Source of the DNA: Longimicrobiales bacterium
GTDB taxonomy: Bacteria > Gemmatimonadota > Gemmatimonadetes > Longimicrobiales > Gaopeijiaceae
NCBI GenBank assembly: GCA_965198065.1
Contig: CBDAON010000004.1
Location: forward strand, 2,080,001-2,144,000
Length of the DNA: 64,000 nt
Direction of reading: 5' to 3'
Part shown: positions 18,603 through 27,867 of the stretch, one piece after another
Position numbering within the stretch: position 1 is the first letter of the stretch
Layout of the letters: every line of letters starts with the position of its first letter
Made by a program: the position numbers and the translations under genes
Notes under the pieces: model-generated
Told to the model about the DNA's origin: nothing
What the model saw: the letters and a program-made list of their open reading frames with translations, nothing else
Database searches by the model: none

Positions 18603-19670
18603 TCAGGAGCGGGCTCTCCGCCGGCGCTCGAGGGCCTTCCGGAGTTGCCCCTCGTCGGCCCGCTGGTAGCACTGCAGCACCGTCTGGGCCGTCTTCCAGC
18701 CGCCGAGTTCGCAGAGCACCTTGAGCGGCTGGTTCATCAGGTCCGAAGCGAACTTCCGCCTCAGGGAGTGCCAGCCGCGGCCACGCTTCGGCGCGAGCCC
18801 GGCGAGCTCTTGCGCCTTCTCCCACCAGTCGCGCGCCAGCGAACGGCTCACGCACTTCGACGGGTCCTTCGGCGCTGGCAGTAGGGGAGCGTCTCCGATC
18901 CCGGGGTTCTCCCTCCGTGCCTCTTCCAGGGCACCAAGCGCTTCGGTGCTCACCGGGGTCCGGTGCTCGTACCCGGTCTTCTCATGCTCCCCACGCCACC
19001 GGATCACGCCGGCTTCCAGGTCGATGTCCGACCATCCAAGCTGCCGGATCGCACCGATGCGGTGTCCCGTCTCGTGCGCCAGCACCAGAGCCACGCGAAA
19101 GCGCCAGCCCATCGCTATCGACACTCCCAGCAGGGCCTCGTATTCCGCCTCAGTGAGCAGCACCCGGACCGGGTTTTTTTCCCTGGGTGGCTTCAGGCCT
19201 TTCAGAGGGTTTGCATCGAGGAGGAGCCTGCCCTCCTCGTCTCTCGAGTTCACGGCCCAGTTGAAGACCGCGAGCAGGAACCTCACGTCGTATTCGATGG
19301 TTCGATCGGACACCGGCTTGCCGCTCGGTCCGGCATTGCCCGCACGCCGCGCCCGGATGAACCGATCCCAGTCACGCTGGGACAGTGTGGCTGGTTTCCG
19401 GTCCCTGCCGAAGAACTTGAGGAACATCCTCATCGCGGCCCGATCGTACCTTCGGGACCGCTCGCTCTTGGTGGGAGTCACCTCTTCACCGTAGATGTCA
19501 AAAAGCGTCTTCAGGGTGAGTGGCTTGGGCTCGGCATTCGCCTTGTCCTGGAGTTCCGACGGTGTGCTGCCGGCAGCGACTTCGTCCGCCTGCCTCTTGG
19601 CCCGGGCCCAGTCTTGATGCCCGAGCGATCTACTCAACCTGCGCCCGTCCTCCCGCCACTCGATCTGGAT
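18603..19670 (-). CDS. tyrosine recombinase/integrase, apparently 5'-truncated
   Basis: ETGHRIGA (R), HEKTG (K), WHSLRRK (HxxR), LGGWK (W), LQCYQ (Y); frame extends to IQIEWREDGRR at ~19670 without a good start codon. Confidence 0.85.
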   Translation of the reverse strand: MQIEWREDGRRLSRSLGHQDWARAKRQADEVAAGSTPSELQDKANAEPKPLTLKTLFDIYGEEVTPTKSERSRRYDRAAMRMFLKFFGRDRKPATLSQRDWDRFIRARRAGNAGPSGKPVSDRTIEYDVRFLLAVFNWAVNSRDEEGRLLLDANPLKGLKPPREKNPVRVLLTEAEYEALLGVSIAMGWRFRVALVLAHETGHRIGAIRQLGWSDIDLEAGVIRWRGEHEKTGYEHRTPVSTEALGALEEARRENPGIGDAPLLPAPKDPSKCVSRSLARDWWEKAQELAGLAPKRGRGWHSLRRKFASDLMNQPLKVLCELGGWKTAQTVLQCYQRADEGQLRKALERRRRARS

Positions 19671-19726
19671 GGGAAATCCGTTTCGCCCCGGTGGACATAA
19701 TGGGGGGGCAGAGCACCGTCTCTAAA

Positions 19727-19759
19727 GATGTAACCCGTTTGTAATAAACGGTTTACATC
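19727..19759. repeat. AT-rich palindrome, 14-bp arms with 5-bp spacer
   Basis: GATGTAACCCGTTT-GTAAT-AAACGGTTTACATC, one mismatch. Confidence 0.75.
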
Positions 19760-19799
19760 ACTTATCGCAGCAGTCCGAACGGAACCGAGCCAGTGGGCG

Positions 19800-20160
19800 A
19801 CGACCTCGCCGACCTGACGTCGCTGGATCTCGGCGGCAATCGACTCTCGGGACCAATTCCCCCCGAACTCGGCAACATCACCAGCCTGGATTTCCTGAAA
19901 TCTCAGCGGTAACCATCTGACCAGCCTGCCGCCCCGCGTGTTCGAACGGCTCTCCAGGCTGGGAACGTTGTCTGGGGGGAAACGAACTGGACGTGTTGCC
20001 CGAAGGTGCGTTTCTCGGCCTTTCGAGCCTGAGCTTTCTGTACTTGGGAAACAATCCGGGATCGCCTTTCGAGTTGACCCTACAGATCCAGCGCACCGAC
20101 GACGAAGATCTCCGGGCCCCGGGGCCCGCCAACATCACGGTAAGCGTGCGGGAGGGAGCG
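19800..20160 (+). pseudogene. leucine-rich-repeat protein remnant
   Basis: LTSLDLGGNRLSGPIPPELGNITSL / LSGNHLTSLPPRVFERLSRL / NELDVLPEGAFLGLSSLSFLYLGNNPG across frameshifts. Confidence 0.8.
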
Positions 20161-20833
20161 ATCGGAGGGGCTGCTCGAGCTTCCCTCCTCACCCGAGTGG
20201 GCGTTTCCCCCCAGGCCGGACACACATCACGTGCGGTGGATCGCCAGCCATCCGGAACGTCCCGGCCACCTCTGGCTCGCCATCGAGGCAGGAGCCCTCG
20301 TGAGCACGCCCGACGGGGGCCGGTCCTGGCGGGACCGTGTAGCGGGGGGCCCCTGGGACACCCATGAGCTGGCGATTCATCCTGCCCGACCCGACACCCT
20401 CAGAGTGGCGGCGGGGGACGGGTACTTCGAGAGCCCGGATGGGGGCGGTACCTGGACGACCCCGCGCCGAGGGCTCGAGGTCGGCTATCTGAGGAGCATC
20501 GCGATCGATCCGGGTAGCCCGGATGTCATCGTGGTCTCGGGGGCCACCGGGCCGCGAACGACTTACGTGGCGGGGCGGTCCGACGGCCGCGTGTACCGGC
20601 GGGACGCGCGTGCCGTCGGCGACTCCCCGTGGGAGCGGATCGCCGCGGGCTGGGCCGAGCCTCCGAACACGATCGCGCCGCTGCTCCTGGCCGGCACGCA
20701 GCCCGGGGAACTCTGGGCGGCGGACGAACGGGGGCTCCATCGATCGGAGGACGGGGGACAGAGCTGGTCCAGGCTGGCCAGCTACCCGAGGGGGAGGCCG
20801 AACCACCTGAGGGGGATCGCGGGCGTCGGCTGA
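20160..20833 (+). pseudogene. BNR/sialidase-like beta-propeller glycosyl hydrolase, 5'-truncated
   Basis: PSSPEWAFPPRPDTHHVRWI, STPDGGRSW, ESPDGGGTW, RSEDGGQSW Asp-box motifs; N-terminal half absent. Confidence 0.75.
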
Positions 20834-20834
20834 T

Positions 20835-20960
20835 TCTCCTTCCGAGAGCGCCCGACGGCATTTGCCGTTCGGTCGTCGTACGTCGCGAGCGTCACGTCCC
20901 TTCCGCGCTCCCGGAGCCATCTCGCGGAGGCGAGGGGAAGGCCGTCCAGGGGTTTCCTCG
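20835..20960 (-). pseudogene. possible PIN/VapC toxin C-terminal remnant
   Basis: PLDGLPLASARWLRERGRDVTLATYDDR resembles the VapC TLDALHLAS...LATYD pattern. Confidence 0.35.
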
Positions 20961-21084
20961 ATCCCGCAGGGGGTGCCCCGGCCCCGGGACGGGGCGGGCT
21001 CGCAGAGAGAATGTCCGGGACGGGCCGCGTCCCCTAAATTGTCTCCATCGCCATGAGCCCTCCCTCGTCAGCCCCAGAAAGCCA

Positions 21085-22266
21085 ATGAGACACCCGAACC
21101 GGCGTGCCTTCCTTCAGAGCCTCGCGGCCGCGGCCGGAGCCGCGGCCGTTCCCCGCCTCGCTGACGGTCTGGCGGCGCTCCCGGAAGCGTCCATCGAGGG
21201 CCGCCGGACGCCGCCGACCCGCCGCGTCCAGGCGCTCGTGCGCACGATCGCCGGGACGGGGACGGCGGGATACGAGCCCGAGGGCGCCGATGGACGTGTA
21301 GCGACCACGACACCGGTGAACAATCCGTACGGGGTCGTCGTGGGCCCGGCCGGAGCGCTCTATTTCTGCGAGGTCGACACCGGGCGGACGCGGAGGCTGG
21401 ATCTCGGAACGTCGCGACTCACGACGGTCGCGGGCACGGGAGAGCCGGCGTATTCGGGCGACGGTGGTCCAGCTCCGGCGGCCTCGTTTTCAGCTCCGCA
21501 CGAGATCCGCTTCGATGGGCAGGGGAACCTGTACGTCGTGGAGCGCGACGCCCACGTGGTCCGACGCATCGAGGCGGGATCCGGGCTTGTAGCGACCCTG
21601 GCGGGCACCGGGGAGGCCGGGTTCTCCGGAGACGGCGGCCCCGCGAGCCAGGCGCAGCTCCGCCAGCCCCACAGCATCGCGTTCGACGCCCAAGGCAACC
21701 TCCTCATCTGCGACATCGGGAACCAGCGGGTGCGCCAGGTGGACATGCGCACGCGTACGATCCGAACGATCGGTGGCACAGGCGAGCGAGCGCCCACTCC
21801 GGATCGGGCGCCATTGGAGGGCACGCCGCTACTCGGCCCTCGCTCGATCGACACCGACGACGATGGGAACGCGTACCTCGTGCTCCGGGAGGGGAACGCG
21901 GTCTTTCGGCTCGACCTCTCCGCGGGAACGCTCGAGCGGATTGCCGGAACTGGTGAGCGGGGGTTCACGGGGGACGGCGGGCAGGCGCTGGCCGCCACGT
22001 TCAACGGCCCCAAGGGGATCGCCCACTCGCCGGAGGATCGGAGCCTCTACGTCGTGGATACGGAGAACCACGCGATCCGACGCCTCGACCTCGGCACGGG
22101 CCGGATCGAGACCGTGCTGGGGACGGGCGAGGTGGCGGACGGACCGGACGGGGATCCGCTGCGGTGCAGCCTCGCGCGACCTCACGGGGTGTTCGTCCAC
22201 GAGCGGATCGTGTATGTCACGGACAGCGAGAACCACCGGGTCCGGGCCCTCGAGGGAGCGTTCTGA
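21085..22266 (+). CDS. Tat-exported NHL-repeat beta-propeller protein
   Basis: RRAFLQ twin-arginine signal; repeated IAGTG..GYSGDGGPA...P.GI units. Confidence 0.85.
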   Translation: MRHPNRRAFLQSLAAAAGAAAVPRLADGLAALPEASIEGRRTPPTRRVQALVRTIAGTGTAGYEPEGADGRVATTTPVNNPYGVVVGPAGALYFCEVDTGRTRRLDLGTSRLTTVAGTGEPAYSGDGGPAPAASFSAPHEIRFDGQGNLYVVERDAHVVRRIEAGSGLVATLAGTGEAGFSGDGGPASQAQLRQPHSIAFDAQGNLLICDIGNQRVRQVDMRTRTIRTIGGTGERAPTPDRAPLEGTPLLGPRSIDTDDDGNAYLVLREGNAVFRLDLSAGTLERIAGTGERGFTGDGGQALAATFNGPKGIAHSPEDRSLYVVDTENHAIRRLDLGTGRIETVLGTGEVADGPDGDPLRCSLARPHGVFVHERIVYVTDSENHRVRALEGAF

Positions 22267-22288
22267 TCCCGTCTCGATCGAGTGGCGC

Positions 22289-22993
22289 TCAGCGCAGCCC
22301 GCGCGCCTCGTTCACGTTCACTCCGATAGGGACGCTCCCGGCGTTCTGAATACGGTACGGGGACTCCGGACTCCGCCACGTCCAGTGGCCCATTTCCGTG
22401 AGCTCGGCGGTAATCCCGTCCTCCCGTGTCACGTGAGTCTTCCCCTCGGTGACCTGGACGACGAGCACTGGGTTCCGATGGCGGTGGACGGTCGTCTCTT
22501 CTCCGGGGGCCAAATCGATTCGGTACGACCGGAACCACGCATTCTCGAGGGCCGGCTCTCCGGCCAACCCGTCTGGCCGGTCGGCTGACAGATCTTCCAC
22601 GCCCTGGCTGCTGTTCGGCATCGCGATGATGCGGAAGAGGCCCGGCCCCCGGTTGCTCACGGCGTGTGAGGAGGGTTCCTCAGCGTAGCTCGTGTTGCTC
22701 GACAGCGAGCCGTTCGCCGGGCCGCTACTCCGGTGAATGGAGTTGAGGAGTATGGCAGAGTCGTGGGTATGCACCAGGCTCGTGTCGCCAGGATTGATCT
22801 GGACGTCGAGCACCCGCACGTCCTCGTTGTACACGAACACGGTGCGGTGGCGTGGCTCCTGGAAGAGGTGCACGATGCGCTGCGCGGCGGCCTCTCCCGC
22901 GCCGAGGAGCACGCCGCCGGTCACGAGCGCCAGCGCCGCGAGGGCTCGCCGAGCGGCGGGCGCCGCGGCGGTCGTCCGAAGTCGCTTCGTCAT
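22289..22993 (-). CDS. secreted cupin-like protein
   Basis: Signal peptide; two cupin-type motifs (INPGDTSLVHTH, LAPGEETTVHRH). Confidence 0.65.
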   Translation of the reverse strand: MTKRLRTTAAAPAARRALAALALVTGGVLLGAGEAAAQRIVHLFQEPRHRTVFVYNEDVRVLDVQINPGDTSLVHTHDSAILLNSIHRSSGPANGSLSSNTSYAEEPSSHAVSNRGPGLFRIIAMPNSSQGVEDLSADRPDGLAGEPALENAWFRSYRIDLAPGEETTVHRHRNPVLVVQVTEGKTHVTREDGITAELTEMGHWTWRSPESPYRIQNAGSVPIGVNVNEARGLR

Positions 22994-23265
22994 GGCCGGT
23001 CCCCTCGTTGGGCGCCGATCCGGGATGTCCGTGACGAGCCTCGGACCGAACGCGAGTCCCCGACGGCTACGCTACGTCGTCCGGTGCGGAGTGGGCAAGA
23101 GCGGCCTCGCCGACCCGACGCGGCGGCTCGGCAGGGCCGTTGGGGTCGCGACTATCGCAGTGTTGCTTTGGACACTCGCGTGAGCCATCCTGGAGGGCCG
23201 GCGCGACGAACGCTAGTCGCGCCCTTGCCAGCGCCCGGCGTGACCCCTCACTCAGGGAGGCTCTC

Positions 23266-24102
23266 GTGTCCAGACTGGTCTCGCGACTCCCGGCTCTAGG
23301 CGGCCTCGCGGTTCTCATCCTTCTCCTCCTGCCCGGCGTGGGCGCTGCTCAGGGGTCGATTGCGACCGAGGCTGACCTGATCTACGGACGTGCGCACGGC
23401 TCCGCGCTCGTGGCCGATATCGCGTATCCGCGGAACGGGCAGGACCTTCCCGCGATCATCTACGTGCACGGAGGACGGTGGCGAGGAGGCAGCAAGAACG
23501 GCGGCAGCGCACTCCAGGTCGAGCAATGGGCGGGGTTCGGGTTTTTCGCCATGACGATCGACTACCGCCTGGTCGGTGGCTCGCCCGCTCCGGCGCCCCA
23601 CCAGGACATGCTCACGGCCATCCGCTGGCTGCACGCCCACGCCGGTGAGTACAACGTGGATCCCGATCGCATCTACCTCATCGGGAACTCGTCCGGCGGG
23701 CACCTGGTGGCGCTCGCGGCCACGCTCGGCGACGGACCCTACGAGAAGCTGGGTGACTGGGAAGACGCGCGAAGCGACGTCCGGGCCGTTATCAGTGTGG
23801 CCGGGGCCTACGATCTCAACACGTTGTCTTGGGGGAACCTATGGTCGACGGTCGAATCGGACCTGACCCTCGCGTCGCCAATCCGCCAGATCACGTTGAC
23901 GACGAAGCCCATGCTGATCATCCACTCGGACGATGACCGGTCGGTGCCAGTCGAGCAGGCTGTGGACATGGCTGCTGCGCTCACCGCGGCCGGCGTGCGC
24001 CACGACTTCGTCCACTACCAGGACCGCGGCCACATGTCGATCACGGACTACGTGATCACGGAGACGAGGGCGTTCATCGCCGAGCTCGAGAGCGGCGAGT
24101 AG
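23266..24102 (+). CDS. secreted alpha/beta hydrolase (esterase/lipase)
   Basis: GGGAGG RBS; HGGRW, GNSSGG, HSDDD..VP, GH. Confidence 0.85.
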   Translation: MSRLVSRLPALGGLAVLILLLLPGVGAAQGSIATEADLIYGRAHGSALVADIAYPRNGQDLPAIIYVHGGRWRGGSKNGGSALQVEQWAGFGFFAMTIDYRLVGGSPAPAPHQDMLTAIRWLHAHAGEYNVDPDRIYLIGNSSGGHLVALAATLGDGPYEKLGDWEDARSDVRAVISVAGAYDLNTLSWGNLWSTVESDLTLASPIRQITLTTKPMLIIHSDDDRSVPVEQAVDMAAALTAAGVRHDFVHYQDRGHMSITDYVITETRAFIAELESGE

Positions 24103-24158
24103 GCCGGGGGGGCTTCGCCAAGAGCCCGGCGGCGGGCGCCCCCGCCGCCAGGTCTTCC

Positions 24159-24303
24159 TCAGAACGTGAATAGGACGCCCACCTCCGGCGCCCAATCCGT
24201 CGCTTTGGACGAGGCGCCGATGGCGCTGATCAGCTTCACGATCACGTTCGGCCGCACGTACCACTGGAGTTCGGCGATGAGCTCCACCTCGTCCTCGCTC
24301 CCC
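24159..24303 (-). pseudogene. C-terminal remnant of an outer-membrane beta-barrel protein
   Basis: GSEDEVELIAELQWYVRPNVIVKLISAIGASSKATDWAPEVGVLFTF* with terminal Phe; no 5' part. Confidence 0.5.
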
Positions 24304-24453
24304 TACGGCGAGGCCGAGGGCATGGCGCCAATCGAAGCCACGGGGCCCCGAAATCCGCCTCCCCTTTCGCCTTCGTTCACGTGCGTCTAAAGTCGGCCCG
24401 ATCCCGCCTCGACCCCCGAGGCCCTCCGTACCCCCGCGCGTGAGCGGCACCCC

Positions 24454-26190
24454 GTGACCGGCCTCGACTGGACGATCGTCGCGATCTACTTCGTGGTCGC
24501 AGCCGCGATCGGTCTCGCCCTGGCGAAGCGGGGCGGTCGATCGGTGGCGGACTACTTCGTCGGCGGGCGCTCTCTCCCGTGGTGGCTGGCGGGCACGTCG
24601 ATGGTGGCGACCACGTTCGCTGCGGACACCCCCCTCGCGGTGACCGAGCTCGTCGTTCAGTACGGGGTGGCGGGGAACTGGCTGTGGTGGAACATGGTGA
24701 TGAGCGGGATGCTCACCGTGTTCTTCTATGCCCGGCTCTGGCGGCGGGCGGGCGTCATGACCGACGTGGAGTTCACGGAGCTCCGCTACGGCGGCCGGCC
24801 AGCCGCGATCCTCCGGGGCTTCCGGGCCGCGTACCTTGCGCTCCCCATCAACCTCATCGTGATGGGGTGGGTGAACCTCGCAATGGTCGAGATCGCGGCG
24901 GTCGCGCTCGACATTCCCCGGGCGGGCGCGTTCCTCGTTTGCTTCTTCCTCGCGGCCTTCTACTCGATCGTGTCGGGGCTCTGGGGCGTTGTCGTCACCG
25001 ACCTGTTCCAGTTTGTGCTCGCCTTCGGGGGCGCCGTGATCCTGGCGATATTCGCCGTGGAGGCCGTGGGAGGGATCGCGGGACTGGAGGCCGGGCTCGA
25101 GACGGCGTACGGGTCGGCGGAGGGCGCCATCGCGCTGCTCCCGAACGAGGGTGCCACCTGGATGCCGACGATCACGTTTGCCGTGTACCTCGGAATGAAC
25201 TGGTGGGCCTCCTGGTACCCCGGGGCGGAGCCGGGCGGGGGAGGCTACGTGGCCCAGCGAATCTTCTCCACGCGGACCGAGCGGGACGGGCTCCTCGCGA
25301 CGCTCTGGTTCAACATCGCGCACTACGCGCTGCGGCCGTGGCCCTGGATCCTCGTCGCCCTCGCCTCGACGATCCTCTATACGGACATAGACAACCCGCG
25401 CCAGGGGTACGTCCTCGCCATCGTCGATCTGCTTCCCGCGGGACTCACTGGGCTGGTCATGGCCGGGTTCGCCGCCGCCTACATGTCCACGATCTCGACC
25501 CAGCTGAACTGGGGGGCGAGCTACCTCGTGAACGACTTGTACGCGCGCTTCTACCGGCCGGCGGCGGATGACCGCGAGCTGGTCCGGGTGTCCCGCGCGG
25601 CTACGGGGGCCCTCATGCTCGCGTCGCTCGGGGTCACGTATTTCATGGGATCGATCGAGGGCGCCTGGCGATTCCTCCTGGCCATCGGAGCGGGGACCGG
25701 CCTCGTCCTGATCCTCCGGTGGTATTGGTGGAGGATCAACGCCTGGTCGGAGATCTCGGCCATGCTGGCCTCCCTCGTCGTGAGCCTATGGCTGTGGTTC
25801 GGCGCGGGGCTCGATCCGGACGATCCGGGGCAGTGGGCGATGATCATGCTGGCGACGGTGGGGATCTCGACCGTCACGTGGGTCACGGTGACGTACTTGA
25901 CCAGGCCCGAGACCGACGGCGTGCTCGAGGGCTTCTATCGCCAGGTCCGCCCAGGAGGGCCGGGGTGGTACGCCGTGGCCGAACGGCTCGGGTACGGACG
26001 GGAGGGAGTGGACGGCGGGGCTCTCAACTGGACGAACTGGGTGGCGGGTATCGCGGCGGTCTACTCCGCGCTCTTCGGAACGGGGAAGCTCATCTTCGGC
26101 GAGTGGGGAAACGCGGCCATATTCTTCGCGATTGCCGCGCTCTCGTTCAGCTGGATCGCCCGGAACCTGAAGCGGATGCCGGCGGACTGA
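24454..26190 (+). CDS. sodium:solute symporter family protein
   Basis: DYFVGGRSLPWWLAGTSMVATTFAADT, GGGGYVAQR, AAYMSTIST; many TM helices. Confidence 0.92.
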   Translation: MTGLDWTIVAIYFVVAAAIGLALAKRGGRSVADYFVGGRSLPWWLAGTSMVATTFAADTPLAVTELVVQYGVAGNWLWWNMVMSGMLTVFFYARLWRRAGVMTDVEFTELRYGGRPAAILRGFRAAYLALPINLIVMGWVNLAMVEIAAVALDIPRAGAFLVCFFLAAFYSIVSGLWGVVVTDLFQFVLAFGGAVILAIFAVEAVGGIAGLEAGLETAYGSAEGAIALLPNEGATWMPTITFAVYLGMNWWASWYPGAEPGGGGYVAQRIFSTRTERDGLLATLWFNIAHYALRPWPWILVALASTILYTDIDNPRQGYVLAIVDLLPAGLTGLVMAGFAAAYMSTISTQLNWGASYLVNDLYARFYRPAADDRELVRVSRAATGALMLASLGVTYFMGSIEGAWRFLLAIGAGTGLVLILRWYWWRINAWSEISAMLASLVVSLWLWFGAGLDPDDPGQWAMIMLATVGISTVTWVTVTYLTRPETDGVLEGFYRQVRPGGPGWYAVAERLGYGREGVDGGALNWTNWVAGIAAVYSALFGTGKLIFGEWGNAAIFFAIAALSFSWIARNLKRMPAD

Positions 26191-26248
26191 GCTGCCCCGT
26201 TAGCGCGGATGGCGGAAAGGCGAGGAACCCTTCTCTCTCGCGAGACAG

Positions 26249-27694
26249 CTATCCCGCTCCCACCCTCGACAGCTCCTCCCAGGACGGACCGAACACCTCC
26301 GACTCCGCCGACCGGGGAATGAGCAGGTCGTGGAGCCGGCGCACGAGCCGATCCGTTCCCTCCTCGTCCACCACGACGGTGAAGTTCAGGTCGCTCGCCG
26401 CCTGGCTCACGAGGTGGATCCGGTGTCCTTCGAACACCTCCATCACGGGCCCCATCCGGTGGAGCAGCTCCCGGATCCGGCTCCCGACCAGGCTGACGGC
26501 CGTGCACGGCCGGATGACCTGCACCCGGCAGAACCGGGAGAGGCCCTCCCTTACGGCCGCGAGCTTCTCCTTGTCCAGGAGCGTCGCCTTCGAGTCGAGC
26601 GAGACGGTGACATTCGTTTCAGACGTTGAGACGAGGTCCACCGAGATCCCCTGTTCCTTGAAGACGGCAAAAGCCCGCGCGAGGAAGCCTATCTCGTGCC
26701 ACATTCCGAGCGTCTCCATGGAGATGAGAACCACCTTCCCCTTCCAGGAGATCGCCTTCACCTGGGGGGCACCGGTCGTCCCGTTGGGCTCGATCACCGT
26801 GCTCGGTGATCCGAGATCCATCGTGCTCTTCAGGTGGATCGGAATCCCGGAGTCGCGGAGCGCGCGGATCGCGCGCGGGTGCACGACCCCGCTCCCCGTC
26901 GTCGTGATCTCCTGGGCTTCGTGGTAGTTCAGGCGCTTGAGTAGGCGAGCGGACGGCACGAGCCTCGGATCCGCCGAGAACATCCCGGGAACGTCCGACC
27001 AGATCTCCAGCCGGTCCGCGCCCCACTTTCCGGCGAGGTACGCCGCGGCGGTGTCGGATCCGCCCCGCCCCAGGACGACCGGCTCGCCGGGCTCGGTGCG
27101 GGCCGTGAATCCCTGGGTGAGCCCCACGCCGCTCAGCGCGTCGAGGCGATCCCGAACCGCCGGCTCCAGGTCGGGATCGCATTCGGCCGACAGCCAGATC
27201 GCACTTCCGGACTGACGGTCGGTCACCACCGCGCGCAGAAGCGTGCCCGCGTCGAGCCACTCGACTGGATGGCCCATCGAGACCAGAAAGGCTGCCCCCA
27301 TACGCGTGGACAGACTCTCACCGAACGCGAGGATGCGGGCCCGGACGCGAGGGGTGAACTCCTCCAGGAGGGCCACCCCCTCCGCCGCCTTCCGGAGTTC
27401 CGCGAGCTCCTCGCCCAGAAGGGTGGGGCCGTCCAGCTCCAACTGTCCACAGAGGTCGAAGTGCCGCTCGGTCAGGCGGTCGAGCAGGGACGAGTGACGC
27501 CCTTCCAGCGCCTCGTCCGGGAGCCGCTCGAGCATGTCGGTGATGCCGGCGAGCGCCGAGTGCACGATCAAAATCCGGTGGCCGAGGGCGAGCCGCTCCT
27601 CGACGAGGCCCGCGATCGTGTCCCATCCCTTCCGAGACGAAACGCTCGTGCCGCCGAACTTGAGAACGATCCGCGGGACCGTGTTGCTCGTCAT
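26249..27694 (-). CDS. lysC: aspartate kinase
   Basis: VLKFGGTSV, LGRGGSDT, DVPGMFSADPR, two ACT domains. Confidence 0.9.
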   Translation of the reverse strand: MTSNTVPRIVLKFGGTSVSSRKGWDTIAGLVEERLALGHRILIVHSALAGITDMLERLPDEALEGRHSSLLDRLTERHFDLCGQLELDGPTLLGEELAELRKAAEGVALLEEFTPRVRARILAFGESLSTRMGAAFLVSMGHPVEWLDAGTLLRAVVTDRQSGSAIWLSAECDPDLEPAVRDRLDALSGVGLTQGFTARTEPGEPVVLGRGGSDTAAAYLAGKWGADRLEIWSDVPGMFSADPRLVPSARLLKRLNYHEAQEITTTGSGVVHPRAIRALRDSGIPIHLKSTMDLGSPSTVIEPNGTTGAPQVKAISWKGKVVLISMETLGMWHEIGFLARAFAVFKEQGISVDLVSTSETNVTVSLDSKATLLDKEKLAAVREGLSRFCRVQVIRPCTAVSLVGSRIRELLHRMGPVMEVFEGHRIHLVSQAASDLNFTVVVDEEGTDRLVRRLHDLLIPRSAESEVFGPSWEELSRVGAG

Positions 27695-27867
27695 CTGCTG
27701 GATCCGTGGACTCCTTTCGTGTTCGTGTTCCGGTGCCGTTCAGCATAATCGATTCCGCTCGCAAGGCTATCCGGGCGAGCGCCTGTCACGGGCCGTCGTA
27801 CCCCTGTTAGGTTCACCGAGCTTGCGGGCTCCCGCCACCCGATCGGCCGAGTTACCTGGGGAGACGC

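Noticed and set aside
27700..27867. Possible lysine riboswitch upstream of lysC
   Set aside because: The region is short and I could not find the conserved L-box elements on the minus strand
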